From the NCBI RefSeq assembly GCF_004010195.1, contig NC_057718.1, positions 63,596,987 through 63,654,741 of the forward strand: a stretch of 57,755 nucleotides of DNA, given 5' to 3'. The notes beneath the pieces were generated by a model. It had not been told where the DNA came from and did no database searches. It was given only the letters and a program-made list of their open reading frames with translations. Position 1 is the first letter of the stretch. Each line of letters begins with the position of its first letter. Below are positions 26,026 through 36,906 of this stretch, in pieces. Made by a program: the position numbers and the translations under genes. This DNA comes from Chiloscyllium plagiosum (lineage: Eukaryota).

Positions 26026-27821
26026 CTGATAATGGTTTGAGGGTTGTAAAGATTAAAAGGAGGAGAACTAGGTTGTTCTATGTGGAGAACATGCAACATA
26101 TTTATACTCTTTAGCAATGAACACAGCAGATGTGCTGGAGGTCGACAGAATGCTACTCTCCAGTTTTGAGAGAGATGGAAGGAATTTCAGGTCTTGCAAT
26201 TGGTAATACTTTGGGTATAAGAGCCAGAAGACGGTGGGAATGTGAAGTGGACTGCATGGTGGGTTGTTGGAGACAGGAACCCTCACAATCTTTAATTACA
26301 TGGATGGGAACAACATAAAAGGCCTTTGTGATTCACATTGGCAGAGAAAGGTGACTCTGAGAGGGCAAGAGTTCATAAGAAATCACTACAGGATCAAGTT
26401 GCAAGGTTCTCTAAACATCAGTGAACTCTATAAACACTCTGTTTGCAAAAATCCAAAAGTAAGTTAAAGCATCTTGTTCACTATACGGAATGTGGATGGA
26501 AATTCATACTTAGATTGAAGTGACCAAGTTCCTGGGGGTTTAAACAAAGCTGGAAGACTTGCCAAACTATGGCTGGAGGGATTGTCATTCATTGAAATTC
26601 GTTGAAACCATGAAATCAGTTCAGTGAGGTGAAAGGAAAGGGAAAAGGCAAAAGGATCAGAGAATGTTTTTATCTTCCTACAGGAGAACAAAATATCCAT
26701 GTAAAGGTTAGAATAAGGTACAACTCTTTGGGGGCAGACAATGGTTCAGTTAGTCATTGTACAAGTTAAATGGAGATTTTTAAAATTTTGTTTAGAGCGT
26801 AGGTTGCTAATGAAATAATATATATTGTTTTTAATTCATTTGCTACATTGAAAGTCTTAAAACATGAAATTGTTTTGTAATCTTTCATTCATTCACTGAA
26901 AATTCAAATGTCTTTCTTTTAAAGATATTGCTCTCTATCGTGACAATAACTTTAAAAATACTGATATTTAGTCTTATGCTATATGAGAAAACAAACAATG
27001 CTGAGTATGTATATATGTTCTAAAGACCAGAATATATATAACATACACCAAAGTATCTGGCAGATCATATTTAAATGAATATTCATGGAATGCCAATAAG
27101 TTCAAAACATGGGGATGAAGATATTAAATATTCTGCATTTCTGCTCTTCATTAGTGCTGACATTGGTAGGTAATATACCCCAGGATTAAAACATTGATTA
27201 TTGTTGGATTGTCGATTGCATTAACACAAAAAAAGCATCCTCAAACCACAATCAATGGAAAATCATTTTAAAATTTAGATTTGCTTAGCAAATGCTTTTC
27301 CTAATTCTTTGTTTTCAAATTCAATTGTTGGAATATTCAGTCGCGCGTAACTGATGAGTGATTGCTCTAATGGTGCAGCATGGATATTGCCAACTCAATT
27401 GAGCAGTTGTTTTAAACAGTACAGCAACATTTGAGACAGCTTGTAGGCAAAATCCTGAGATTGATTTTGAGGTAAAGTTCTGATTTCATTCCAGAGAATT
27501 GGTATTTTTAAGTGAATCATGGGTTGCCATAGGAATCAATGGTAAAGGCAGAGTTAGGTTCCTTCAGACAGTTTCTTGCCAGAAAAACCAATGAACAGTT
27601 CAAAATGTTGTGCACTATATGTGTACAACACTGTGTGCTCCTAGCTTAAGTAACTGTCAAAACAAAATACATAACAAAATGTAAAAGAAAGACATTATAA
27701 TCCCTGTGTAGTATTTTAAAAAATACACTCACCTGCACTTTTAGACTGACTAGGCTCCATCGTGTGGCAGAAGTTAGTGCAGGGACCTAGAGTCCCAGCA
27801 ATTGCCTGAACTGAACAGCTA

Positions 27822-27840
27822 TTGCCACCAGATGGAGCCC
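27822..27840 (+). promoter_or_regulatory. CTCF-like motif
   Basis: TTGCCACCAGATGGAGCCC closely matches the CTCF core (CCACCAG[A/G][T/G]GGC), in a stretch without a recognised TE. Motif match only. Confidence 0.45.
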
Positions 27841-28351
27841 TTCAGAGCAAGTTCAGAACAGCAGCCTGGAGAAGGGCAACTTCAATGATGAAGGGAACGG
27901 CCTAAGGTAAGAACAAAGAGTGGGAGGCAAGGCCGGGTGGGTGGTGAAGGGTGGGTGGGGTGCAGGAGTGGGGGACAGGCAACGATGTTAAACCGGAAAT
28001 GCCAATGTAATTCAAAGAGGCCTTAAAAATAAAATTCCATTCAAACGAAATAAACGGGACAACGTAAAATGATGATCACCTCTACTACCTTACATTCAGC
28101 AATAGATCTATAATTCCAAAATTACCTTGTGAAAACTAATTGTGTCAGGGTCATGTTGGATGGAGTAATCGCACCACTGACTTAAGCAATTGATGGAGTA
28201 AAGCAAGCTTGAAAGAGTATATGTAATTTCAACTGTGGGTCACAGTAATTGAAAACAAAAATATCATTCAGTTATTGTTGTGTTTTCTCTTAATGAGACC
28301 CAGGCACAGTTGTAGGTCAAAGTGAAGGGTAAATTGGAGACGGGGAAAGAG

Positions 28352-28645
28352 AAGGGGTGGCACAATGGTTAGCACTGCTGTCTCAGAGTACTAGGGACCT
28401 GGGCTCAATTCCAACTTTGGGTGACTGTCTGTGTGGAGTTTGCATTCTTCCTGTGTCTGCGTGGGTTTCCACTGGGTGCTCCGTTTTCCACCCACAGTCC
28501 AAAGATGTGCAGGTTAGGGAGATTAGTCATGGTAAATGCAGGATTATGAGGTTAGGGTAGATTTGGGTGGGATGCTCTTCAGAGGGTTGGTGCAGACTTG
28601 ATGGGCTAAATGGCCTCTTTCTGCTCTGTAGGGATTCTACGATTC
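28352..28645 (+). mobile_element. HE1-like V-SINE
   Basis: gtggcacaatggttagc...ggctcaattcc, V-domain, tail ctgtagggattcta. Confidence 0.9.
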
Positions 28646-29366
28646 TAAGAGGTGACAGAATAGCAAGTAATGATTTCACATGTTGAAGTTTAAAAGCGCC
28701 ACATGGTGCATTATTTGATATCCTATGCATTATAGATTGTATTAAATGGATTACATCCAAAATGTTTAAATTGCATGCAGAGCCCTGTTACTGAAATAAT
28801 TTTTGTTTAAAAAAAAAGTCATTTGATATAGTTTTTTTGTATTTACCCCAACTGATTTAAGTTTTCAGCCAAATAAAAAAAGTACAAGAAAGATGCTTCA
28901 GTCAATTTAAATATGCAGCAAAATCTTGCTTATTCTTACATTTTTGTTAAATCTATCAGCAAGAGTCAACAAGAGGAATTTCACTCCAGCACTACGGACT
29001 GTTAGACACTAATTTTCAGGGTATTCTAAAGTAGTTAATCCTGGTACTTGTATATGAAAATATTCAATACTAGGAAATATATTTTTGATGCTTTTGAACC
29101 AACATTTGGGAGGTGATAATCGTGCAGTTTTAACATAATCTTGAAAAATATATTGTACATTTCTAATCAAAGAGTTTTAGGGCAAAATGCTTAGCCAGTT
29201 AAAAAAAAAATTGCAATCAGTGGATCCCTACAATTTAATGCAACACAGGAATAAAAACTTCCCTCGTGTCCTGCAGTTAGTCCCGATAATTAGAAATTTC
29301 AAGAGTTATCACCTGGGGTTCATGCTGATTTAAACACAGTACCTTCTGTTCTTTTAAAATATATTC

Positions 29367-29398
29367 TTTTACGTCAAGAGCATAAGCTTGACGTAAAA
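29367..29398. repeat. Perfect 12-8-12 inverted repeat carrying two CRE-like sites
   Basis: TTTTACGTCAAG-agcataag-CTTGACGTAAAA; each arm contains TGACGTAA. Confidence 0.85.
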
Positions 29399-29596
29399 CG
29401 TCTTCAGCATTCCACTCAGATAGATTGTAATGTTTCTACTCAGATCTCTGCAGTATTCCCAGATGGGTTAATTACAGGGCAAAATAATCCTTCTGTGCCA
29501 TTGTTGTTTAATTTTATCAAACAAGACATTGTCACATAGTCAAGCAATTACAAACCATCCCAGAGATAAACGATGAAACAATGCTGTTTTACTTAC

Positions 29597-29625
29597 CCTG
29601 TTAATATTCTGGAAATTGGCTTTAT
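29597..29625 (-). CDS. PDE10A: PDE10A 29-nt coding micro-exon (N-terminal linker before GAF-A)
   Basis: Minus strand reads ttttttttcacAG|ATAAAGCCAATTTCCAGAATATTAACAGG|GTAAGT, with a strong pyrimidine tract and a consensus donor. With a phase-1 start it gives (D)KANFQNINR and ends in phase 0, joining the 121-nt exon in frame. Position and length match human DESAPKEVSR as recalled. Confidence 0.88.
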
Positions 29626-29739
29626 CTGTGAAAAAAAAACAAAACAAATTATTAGTCATGCAAAGGCCATTTTTGTTTAAATAAAAAGTAGGATTGAAAT
29701 GTCAGTAACTATTTTGAGGAAATTAGTTGTTTTATTCTC

Positions 29740-31200
29740 AGAATCATAGACTGATGACAGAACAGGAAGACGCTTCTTGTCATATCCATGTTGAAGAGCA
29801 GTTTAACTACTTAGCTCCTTACTGGTTTTCCCTCATAACACTGCAAAATGTTCCTTTCTAGTTTTGAATGCCATTATTGAACTGGGTTCCACTGCACTCT
29901 CAGGTGGTACATTCCAAATTGTAATTGCTCCCCGGGTTAAACGATGATTTTCTTCATGAGACCATTGTTTCTTTTACCAAATTACCTTAAATCTTTTGGA
30001 CCTTGATCCATTCACCAATGCCAACAGTTTCTCTCGCCCTACCAGGTCTATACTCTAATGATTTTGAATACCTCTCTCAAATCTCCTTTCGACCTTCTCA
30101 TCTCCAAGAAGAACTGTTCCAGGTTCCTTAAGTTCCTCAACAATGAAATTGTCATGAAATTTAGCTACAGTCCTGAAACATGCACATTCTTCCCGGAGTA
30201 TTGTGCTCAGAATTAACCTCAATACTCCAGAACGAAGGCAGAATCAGGGTTATTATACAGGTTTATCACAACCTCTGTGCTTATATAGTCTATGCTCCAA
30301 TTTAAGCAGCCCACGTCTCTTACACTTGATATATCAAGTGCTCTCTTAACCTATAGTTCCACTCTCCCAGATTTGTACACACATGCTGTAGATCCCTGGG
30401 CTCCTGCATTTAAAAGATATTCTCTCTTTGTTCTTCTACCAAAATGTGTCACTTTACACTTCATCTAACACTTTCTTGTGCTCTTTTGAAATTAAAACTG
30501 ATGATCCCAATACCTCCAACTTTCATGATGGCTATCAAACTTTGAAATGGCATACCAAGTCTAGGTCATTAATACATATCAGGAAGAGCAGGAATCTCAA
30601 CATAGGCTTGTGGAGAGCTCCACTACAAAACCCCTTCCCGTCTGCAAAACAATCGTTAATCACTAACGTCTGTTTGCTGTCACTCAGTCAATTTTACATC
30701 TATTTTATTACTGTTTTATTCTACAAATTGTATCTTGGTCACAGGCTTGTTGTGTGGCATTTTATCAAGTGCCTACTGGAAGTCCAGGTACACCACATCA
30801 ATGGCACTATCATCAACCATCTGTTAACTCAAAAACAAAAAGAAACAAACAAGTAGATTACATACAATCTTCTCTCAATAAATCCATGCTCGTTTTCCTT
30901 AATTAGTCAAAATTTGCCATAAAGTACTGATTCTACAAGTTTTCTCACTTATCCTTAGTATTGTTAGACACCTCATCTGGAACTAGCTCCTTATCAATTT
31001 TAAGTAGTCAGCCTCTTTCAGTCATCATCCTCATCAATTTTAAACTAACCAGTTATCTGAACAACCTCCTCTTTTACTTGATCAGCTCTTCTTCATTGGT
31101 AAAGCCTAATGCAAAGAAGTCATTTAGCCATATGCCTACCTCCAAGCACAAATCCTTTTCTGGTGTCTAATCATCCACACTCTCTTCTGTTGCTCCTATT
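29740..31200 (-). mobile_element. Old CR1 LINE fragment
   Basis: Tail (agaatcatag) at 29740. Reverse complement shows VYLDFQ.ALDKMPH and LEY remnants. Confidence 0.7.
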
Positions 31201-32228
31201 GCATACCAAGTTTTCTTAAATCAACTCTGTCGTATATCTCACGTAAGTACTTTGCACCCAACTCAAGTAACACAGTTTCTTCCAATTAAAAAAATGAAAA
31301 CGTATGCATTATCAAAACGTACAATATAAATCAAAAAGAGAATATATTGTAACTGTATATGACACTGGTTAGATCCCAACTGAAGCTGTGTCAATGACAC
31401 ACTATGTCACTGTACTTGAGAATAGAAAGTTGGCCAACATCCATTTTCTAAATTAAGATTACAAACAAAATTAAGATTACTCCTGTTGGGAAAAGGAAGA
31501 CTTTGGCCTGACCTAATAGAAGCCTAACAGAAACAGGCCATTGAAGGAAATGACATAAATAAAAATGTGACATAGATTTCTATAGGGAAGGAATATGGAG
31601 GGATTGCTATAGAAAGGGGAATGGTAGGGATCATGGCAATGAAAATTGGTTCACTATTGTCCTTCCTCTAAAATAGCCATTGAGCCTACGGAATGATGGA
31701 AGAATAAGTAAAACATTGGTTAAAAAAATTGCAATTTTTCAATTATGTATATGAGAGAGATTGGTACAACCAGATAAAACTTAAGGAGACAGTACAATTA
31801 TTTTGTAACTCTGTCTCATTGATTATCAGCATGGACCCCCAGCAAGCAGGCTGCACCAAAACCTGTGAAAATCATGTCTTTCATCCAACACTTCTGCCTA
31901 TTACGTTCCCAATTCCAGATGTTTTAATCACTCACTGCCACCTTGTAGCACTTCCTTTCTTGTTCTTGCTGCCAGATTCCCTGCCCCTTCTTTGCTGTAA
32001 TTTTGCTGCTACTCTTTGCCACCTGGGTAAATCGATGTCAAAGCCCCCTGGTAGTGACCTGGAACTATTTCAGATTTTTTTTAAAAAAGCATAAAACCTT
32101 TAACAAAAGCACAGTGAACAATCAAAGACTTTAAGGTAGCTATTTGGGTGAAAGCCAAAATACACATGCTGTGCAGTTCTTAAGGAGAAAAGGCGGTGTC
32201 CACCTGTCAAGATACTAAACATGAAAGC

Positions 32229-32577
32229 AAGTGGCTCAGTGGTTAGCACTGTTGCCTCACAGCACCAGGGCTCGGAGTTTGATTCCAACCTTAGTCGAAT
32301 GTCTGTGTGGAGTTTGCATATACTCCCAGTGTCTGTATGGGTTTCCTCCAGGTGCTCTGATTTCCTCCCACAGTCCAAAGATGTGCAGGGTCAGGTGGAT
32401 TGGCCAGGCTAAATTGCCCATACTTTGCAGGGATGTGCTGGATAGGTGCATTATCCCATGGGGAATGCAGGGTTACAGGCATAGGGCAAGTGGTAGGTCT
32501 AGATGGGATGGTCTTTGGAGGGTCGGTGTGGACTCAGTAGGTCGAATGGCCTGCTTCCACATGGTAGGGATTCTATG
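32229..32577 (+). mobile_element. HE1-like V-SINE
   Basis: gtggctcagtggttagc, V-domain, tail gtagggattctatg. Confidence 0.9.
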
Positions 32578-33249
32578 AAACAATGTTCACATTATTTCAA
32601 AGTAAATAGAACATCAGATGATATATTCACTAACTGTGTCAGGTTCAAATTTCTACTAACCAATCCCAAGCTCCATTCATAGAGTCATAGAGGTCAAAGC
32701 TCCAAGATCATCTAATTCAACAAAGCAAACCCATTTTCCTAACTCAAAAACCACTGAAATTTCCCAGATCCTTACATTCATTCTCCACTACTTCGGTAGT
32801 CTTTCCATTTGTTACTGCCTGAAGGATGTTTGTTGTACCTAGAAAGGTATTTTCATGTGCCCCTGAAGCTCACGGTATTACCCATTGGTTGCAAATTTCA
32901 ATAGCTGTCTTGCATTGTATTCCCAACTTCCTTAATAACTGTTCAAGGAGAACCCTTCTCAGGTTTCTCCAGCTAGTAACTCTGTATACTCAATGCATTC
33001 TCTTCCACTATTCCAGTGCTCATTGAAAAGATTCCCCTCCAACACTCCATTCTGTCACAATGTCTAAACTAGCAATGCAGCAATAGATGTCTGGGCACTC
33101 TTCCTCAATATTCCTAGATCCCAGTTACCAGTGCTTCTTCCACAGCCAATCCATCTTCTTCCGATGATCTTTATCCTACTTCCATAAAATTAACAATAAC
33201 TGTCTAACACAGGACTAGCACATTGCCCCATTTTTCTATCAAACCAGGG

Positions 33250-35045
33250 GACTAATCGTGGTTTGGTAAACAGTGCAGGCGGGCATATCAAAACAGTGGA
33301 AGCAGCTTATGATAGACAGCTGGACAATCCCAAAAACTACAGATCTAATCTAAATTCTGCAGCACTGTCACATCTAGTCATAAATGGTGGTGGATAATTA
33401 AACAATGCCCTGAAGGCAGCTCCACAAGTATATCCATCTTCAATGACAGAGAAGCCCAGCACATCAGTGTAAAAGACAAGGCTGAAGTATTTATAAAATT
33501 CTTGAGCCAAAAGTCTGAGCATTTGATCATCCTTAACCTGCTCCCAAGGTCTCTAACTACACAGATGCTAATTTACAACCAACTCAATTCATTCCCTCTG
33601 GTATAAAGAAACAGTTGAAGGCACCAAATACAGCAAAGGTTATGGCCCAAACACCATTCCAGCAAAAGTACTGAAGGTACTCCAGCTGCAGCCTTAACCA
33701 AGTATAGCCACAACACTGGCAACTACACAACAATATGGGAAATTGTCCAGGTCCACAAAAAGCAGGACAAAATCCAACCCAGTGTGTATTTGGGTATTAG
33801 ACCACTTATAATCATCAGTAAAACAGTGGAAAAGGCCATAAACAGTGCTATCAAACCATAACAGTACTCGAAAGGGAATAACTGTATCTCTGGGGCTCAG
33901 TTTGGATTTGCAAGGGCCACTCAGCAACTGACATCTTTACAGGTTTTTGTTTATTGTGTGGACAAAATAGCTGCTTAAGAGGCAAAATGAGAGGATCTGT
34001 TCTTGACATCAAAGGCATATTTGATGGAGTATAGTCTCAAAGAGCCCCAGCAAAACTGAAGTCAGTGGCAATTAGGGGGGGAAATAAACTTGCTGCTAAC
34101 TGGAGGCATACCTAGCAAAAAGCAAGATGGCTGTGCTTGTAGGTTGAACAGTCCAAGAACATTGCTATAGTAATTCGTCAAGGTAGTGTCCTAGGACCAG
34201 TGAACCTCCCTTCTTCATAAAGTCAAAAATTGGGTGTTTACTGATGACTGCATATGCAGCAAGATCTCAACTCAGATCAGATTCAGACAGATTGAGTATA
34301 TTCTCACCAGACAAGTACAAGGCATCATCATCTTCAGCAAGAATTTAATCATCTACCCTTACAGTCAGTGGCATTACTATTTCTGAAGCCCATACTATCA
34401 GCATTGACCAAAAGCTGAACTGGACTAGTCCCATAAGGATGGTTAGGGGAAATGGAAATGTCATTCGTCCAGCAATCCAGAGCTTTAATATAATAAATAC
34501 CCGAATCCAGCCACAGTAGCTGGTGGGATTCAAGTTCAATTATTACAATCTGAAACTGAAAGCAAGTCTTACCAATGACTGTGAAACCACTGTCCATTGT
34601 CGTGAAAATCCATCTGGTTCACTAATGCCTTTTAGGGATGGAAATTGGCCATTCTTACTTGGTCCAGTCTACATGTGACTCCTGACCCACAGCAATATGG
34701 CTGACTCTTAACTGCTCTCCATGGTAGGGCAATTAAAGATGGGCAGCAAATGTTAGCCTTGCTAGCGACCTCCACATCCCCTGAATGAGGTCAGAGGTTA
34801 GGAACACAATAAGTAACTCTCCCTTGGCTCCCGAAGCTGTCTACTATCTACAAGGCAGAAGTCAGTATTGTGATGGAATACTCTCCACCTACTAGATGAA
34901 TGTTTCATCAACAACACTGAGAAGCTCAACCGCATCCACAAAGTAACTCACTTGTTTGGTACTCCATTGACTCACTGCACTACCAATGCTCGGTGGTGAC
35001 AGTGTCTACATTTATTGCAGCAATTCACCAAGGCTCCTTCAGCAT
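33250..35045 (+). mobile_element. CR1/L2-group LINE (second family), degenerate
   Basis: WFGKQCRRAYQ, KWWWIIKQ, KDKAEVF, LDIKGIFD, QGSVLGP, FTDDC and YKAEVSIVMEYSP. Interrupted by the SINE at 34445-34790. Confidence 0.75.
34445..34790 (+). mobile_element. tRNA-headed SINE (MetaSINE-like) ending in the LINE tail
   Basis: Core tggttcactaatgccttttagggatggaaattggcc...catgtgactcctgacccacagcaat..gactcttaactg, then tail gggcaattaaagatgggcagcaaatg...cacatccc. Confidence 0.7.
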
Positions 35046-35180
35046 TCTGGGGCTACTATTGACCAAAAGCCGAATTAGATCTTGTATAAATACGAGAGGG
35101 GGCGGTAAATCACCTGAATCCCAAAATCTATCCATCATTTAAACGGCAGATGTCAGGAGAGTGCAATGAAATAATCCACA

Positions 35181-35438
35181 CTTGCCAGGAAGAGTGCAGC
35201 TCCAACCACACTGAAAAAGCTTGACCGAGGACAGCAAGATGGCGGCGATTCTGTAGAACTGCTGTGGACAGCTCTGCCTAACAGCCAAGGCATACTGATG
35301 TTTTTTGCCTTGCCAGGAAGAGTGCAGCTCCAACCACACTGAAAAAGCTTGACCGAGGACTAAGCAAGATGGCGGCGATTCTGTAGAACTGCTGTGGACA
35401 GCTCTGCCTAACAGCCAAGGCATACTGATGTTTTTTGC
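35181..35438 (+). repeat. Near-perfect tandem duplication (128 + 130 bp) across the L1 5' junction
   Basis: Units 35181-35308 and 35309-35438 appear to differ only by a TA insertion. TTGCC microhomology at the junction. Confidence 0.92.
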
Positions 35439-35521
35439 CATCCATGGCCAACTTATGTGGTGGAATTATTAGTTTAAATCCTTACAGAACACATATTTGT
35501 TAATATTTGGGAGTGGGAAGG

Positions 35522-36402
35522 ATGCCAAAGGGAAAAGGAGCGAGCAAACAGCAGCAGGGTGGACACTCCCCTGCAGCACCTACTACACCAGAGACTGCAG
35601 CAGCAGCAGCCTCTCCTGAACCTCCCGGGGACCTGACAGACTCACAGGAATTGGCTGCGGCGATGGAGAGACTTACCTTGAAAGTTGGGGCTGTGATTGA
35701 GGAAATCCGTGGGGAGATCATGCCCAGGTCCCACCTATCACATTCATGCTGCAGAAGCATGAGCAGGAGATCTCTGGCCTCGGGGAGCAGCTGGAGGAGG
35801 TGGAGGGTCAAACTAAGGCCTCGGAAGCTGCGATGGAGTCCTCATCCAGTCGGATGCAGGTGCTGGAGCGAGAGGTGCGGGCCTTGCAAAACCATATCGA
35901 CAACCTCGAAAATCAAGGTTGGAGGATAAATCTCCGAATTGTCAGGCTCCCTGAAGGTGAGGAAGGTGAGCAGACAGTCAGCTTCTTTGAAAGCTGGCTG
36001 CCAAAGTTTTTGAGCCTTCATGTGGAGTCCAGCAGGCTGCAGATTGAAAGGGCATATCGGGTTACAGTGCACAGGTCAGGCCCAGTGCAGTGCCCCTGCT
36101 CGGTCCTAGTGCACTTCCAATCATATAAGGACAAGCAAAAAGTCATAGAAGCTTCCAGATCCCTGGGAAAAGATCCGCAGGCACTGCTGTACAAGGGGTC
36201 AAAAGTCATGTTTTTCCAGGATTTCTCTGCAGCTGTAATTCGAAAGAGGAAGTCCTTCGATGAAGTTAAAAAGAGGCTGAGGAACCTTGGCATCCAGTAC
36301 TCCATGAGGTACCCCGCAGTACTTCGTTTCAGCCACGAGGACTCAGTTTATACATTTGACTCAGCAGATAAAGCTAAAAGCTTTGTGGACACTTTAAAAT
36401 AG
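35522..36402 (+). pseudogene. L1 ORF1p (coiled coil, RRM, CTD), one frameshift near 35735
   Basis: MPKGKGASKQ..., then LENQGWRINLRIVRLPEGEE...IERAYRV...FFQDFSAAVIRKRKSF...YPAVLR (Transposase_22-type). Confidence 0.85.
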
Positions 36403-36906
36403 ACGGATTGGCCTGAAGAATACGGTTAATGTTTGTTCTTTTTTTTAATCTTTCCCCATGTTTTCCCTTCCTTTTTTTTATTCCTTTCTTTCTCCCGCAT
36501 CATTTCCTTTTTGGAAAGGGGTGAAAGACTTTGGAATAAGTTGTTCCTATTTTTTATTATTAACTGGATTTTCTGATGGGAAATTGCTCATCCTGACTTT
36601 GTCTTTTTTTCTGTTGATTAAAGGATCATCGCCTTATATTTTTTTCTGGCCTAAGGCTGAGGCAGAATCCGGGTTTGAAGGAGCCATGAAGGAGGGGATG
36701 GGTAGGGTGAGTGCCCCCTATGGGCTGGGGGAAGAGTCTTCCATTCAAGATTTTATATATGGTTTTCTTTGTAGTTTTTTGATAGTAATAGGTGTTTGTA
36801 GTTATGATAGAGTAGTTTTTGGATATATGGTTTTTTGATTCTATGAGTCGGTGCTTTGTAAGCAGGGTTCTCCCTCCGAGGGGTTCAAGGGTGTTTGAAA
36901 GGGGAT

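Noticed and set aside
27337..27460. CTGATGA as a non-PLE hammerhead or a C/D-box snoRNA
   Set aside because: No GAAA box follows a valid stem II, and there is no terminal stem with the downstream CTGA.
29367..29398. loxP/FRT-like recombinase site (inverted arms with an 8-bp spacer)
   Set aside because: Geometry only. No tyrosine recombinase, DIRS or Crypton remnant and no second site were seen.
35181..35438. CRISPR-like or satellite array
   Set aside because: Only two units with no spacers, in a vertebrate context. Explained as a junction duplication.
35746..36402. 218-aa ORF as a domesticated L1TD1-like gene
   Set aside because: It sits in place as ORF1 of an L1 with TSDs, has an N-terminal frameshift, and is followed by a decayed ORF2.
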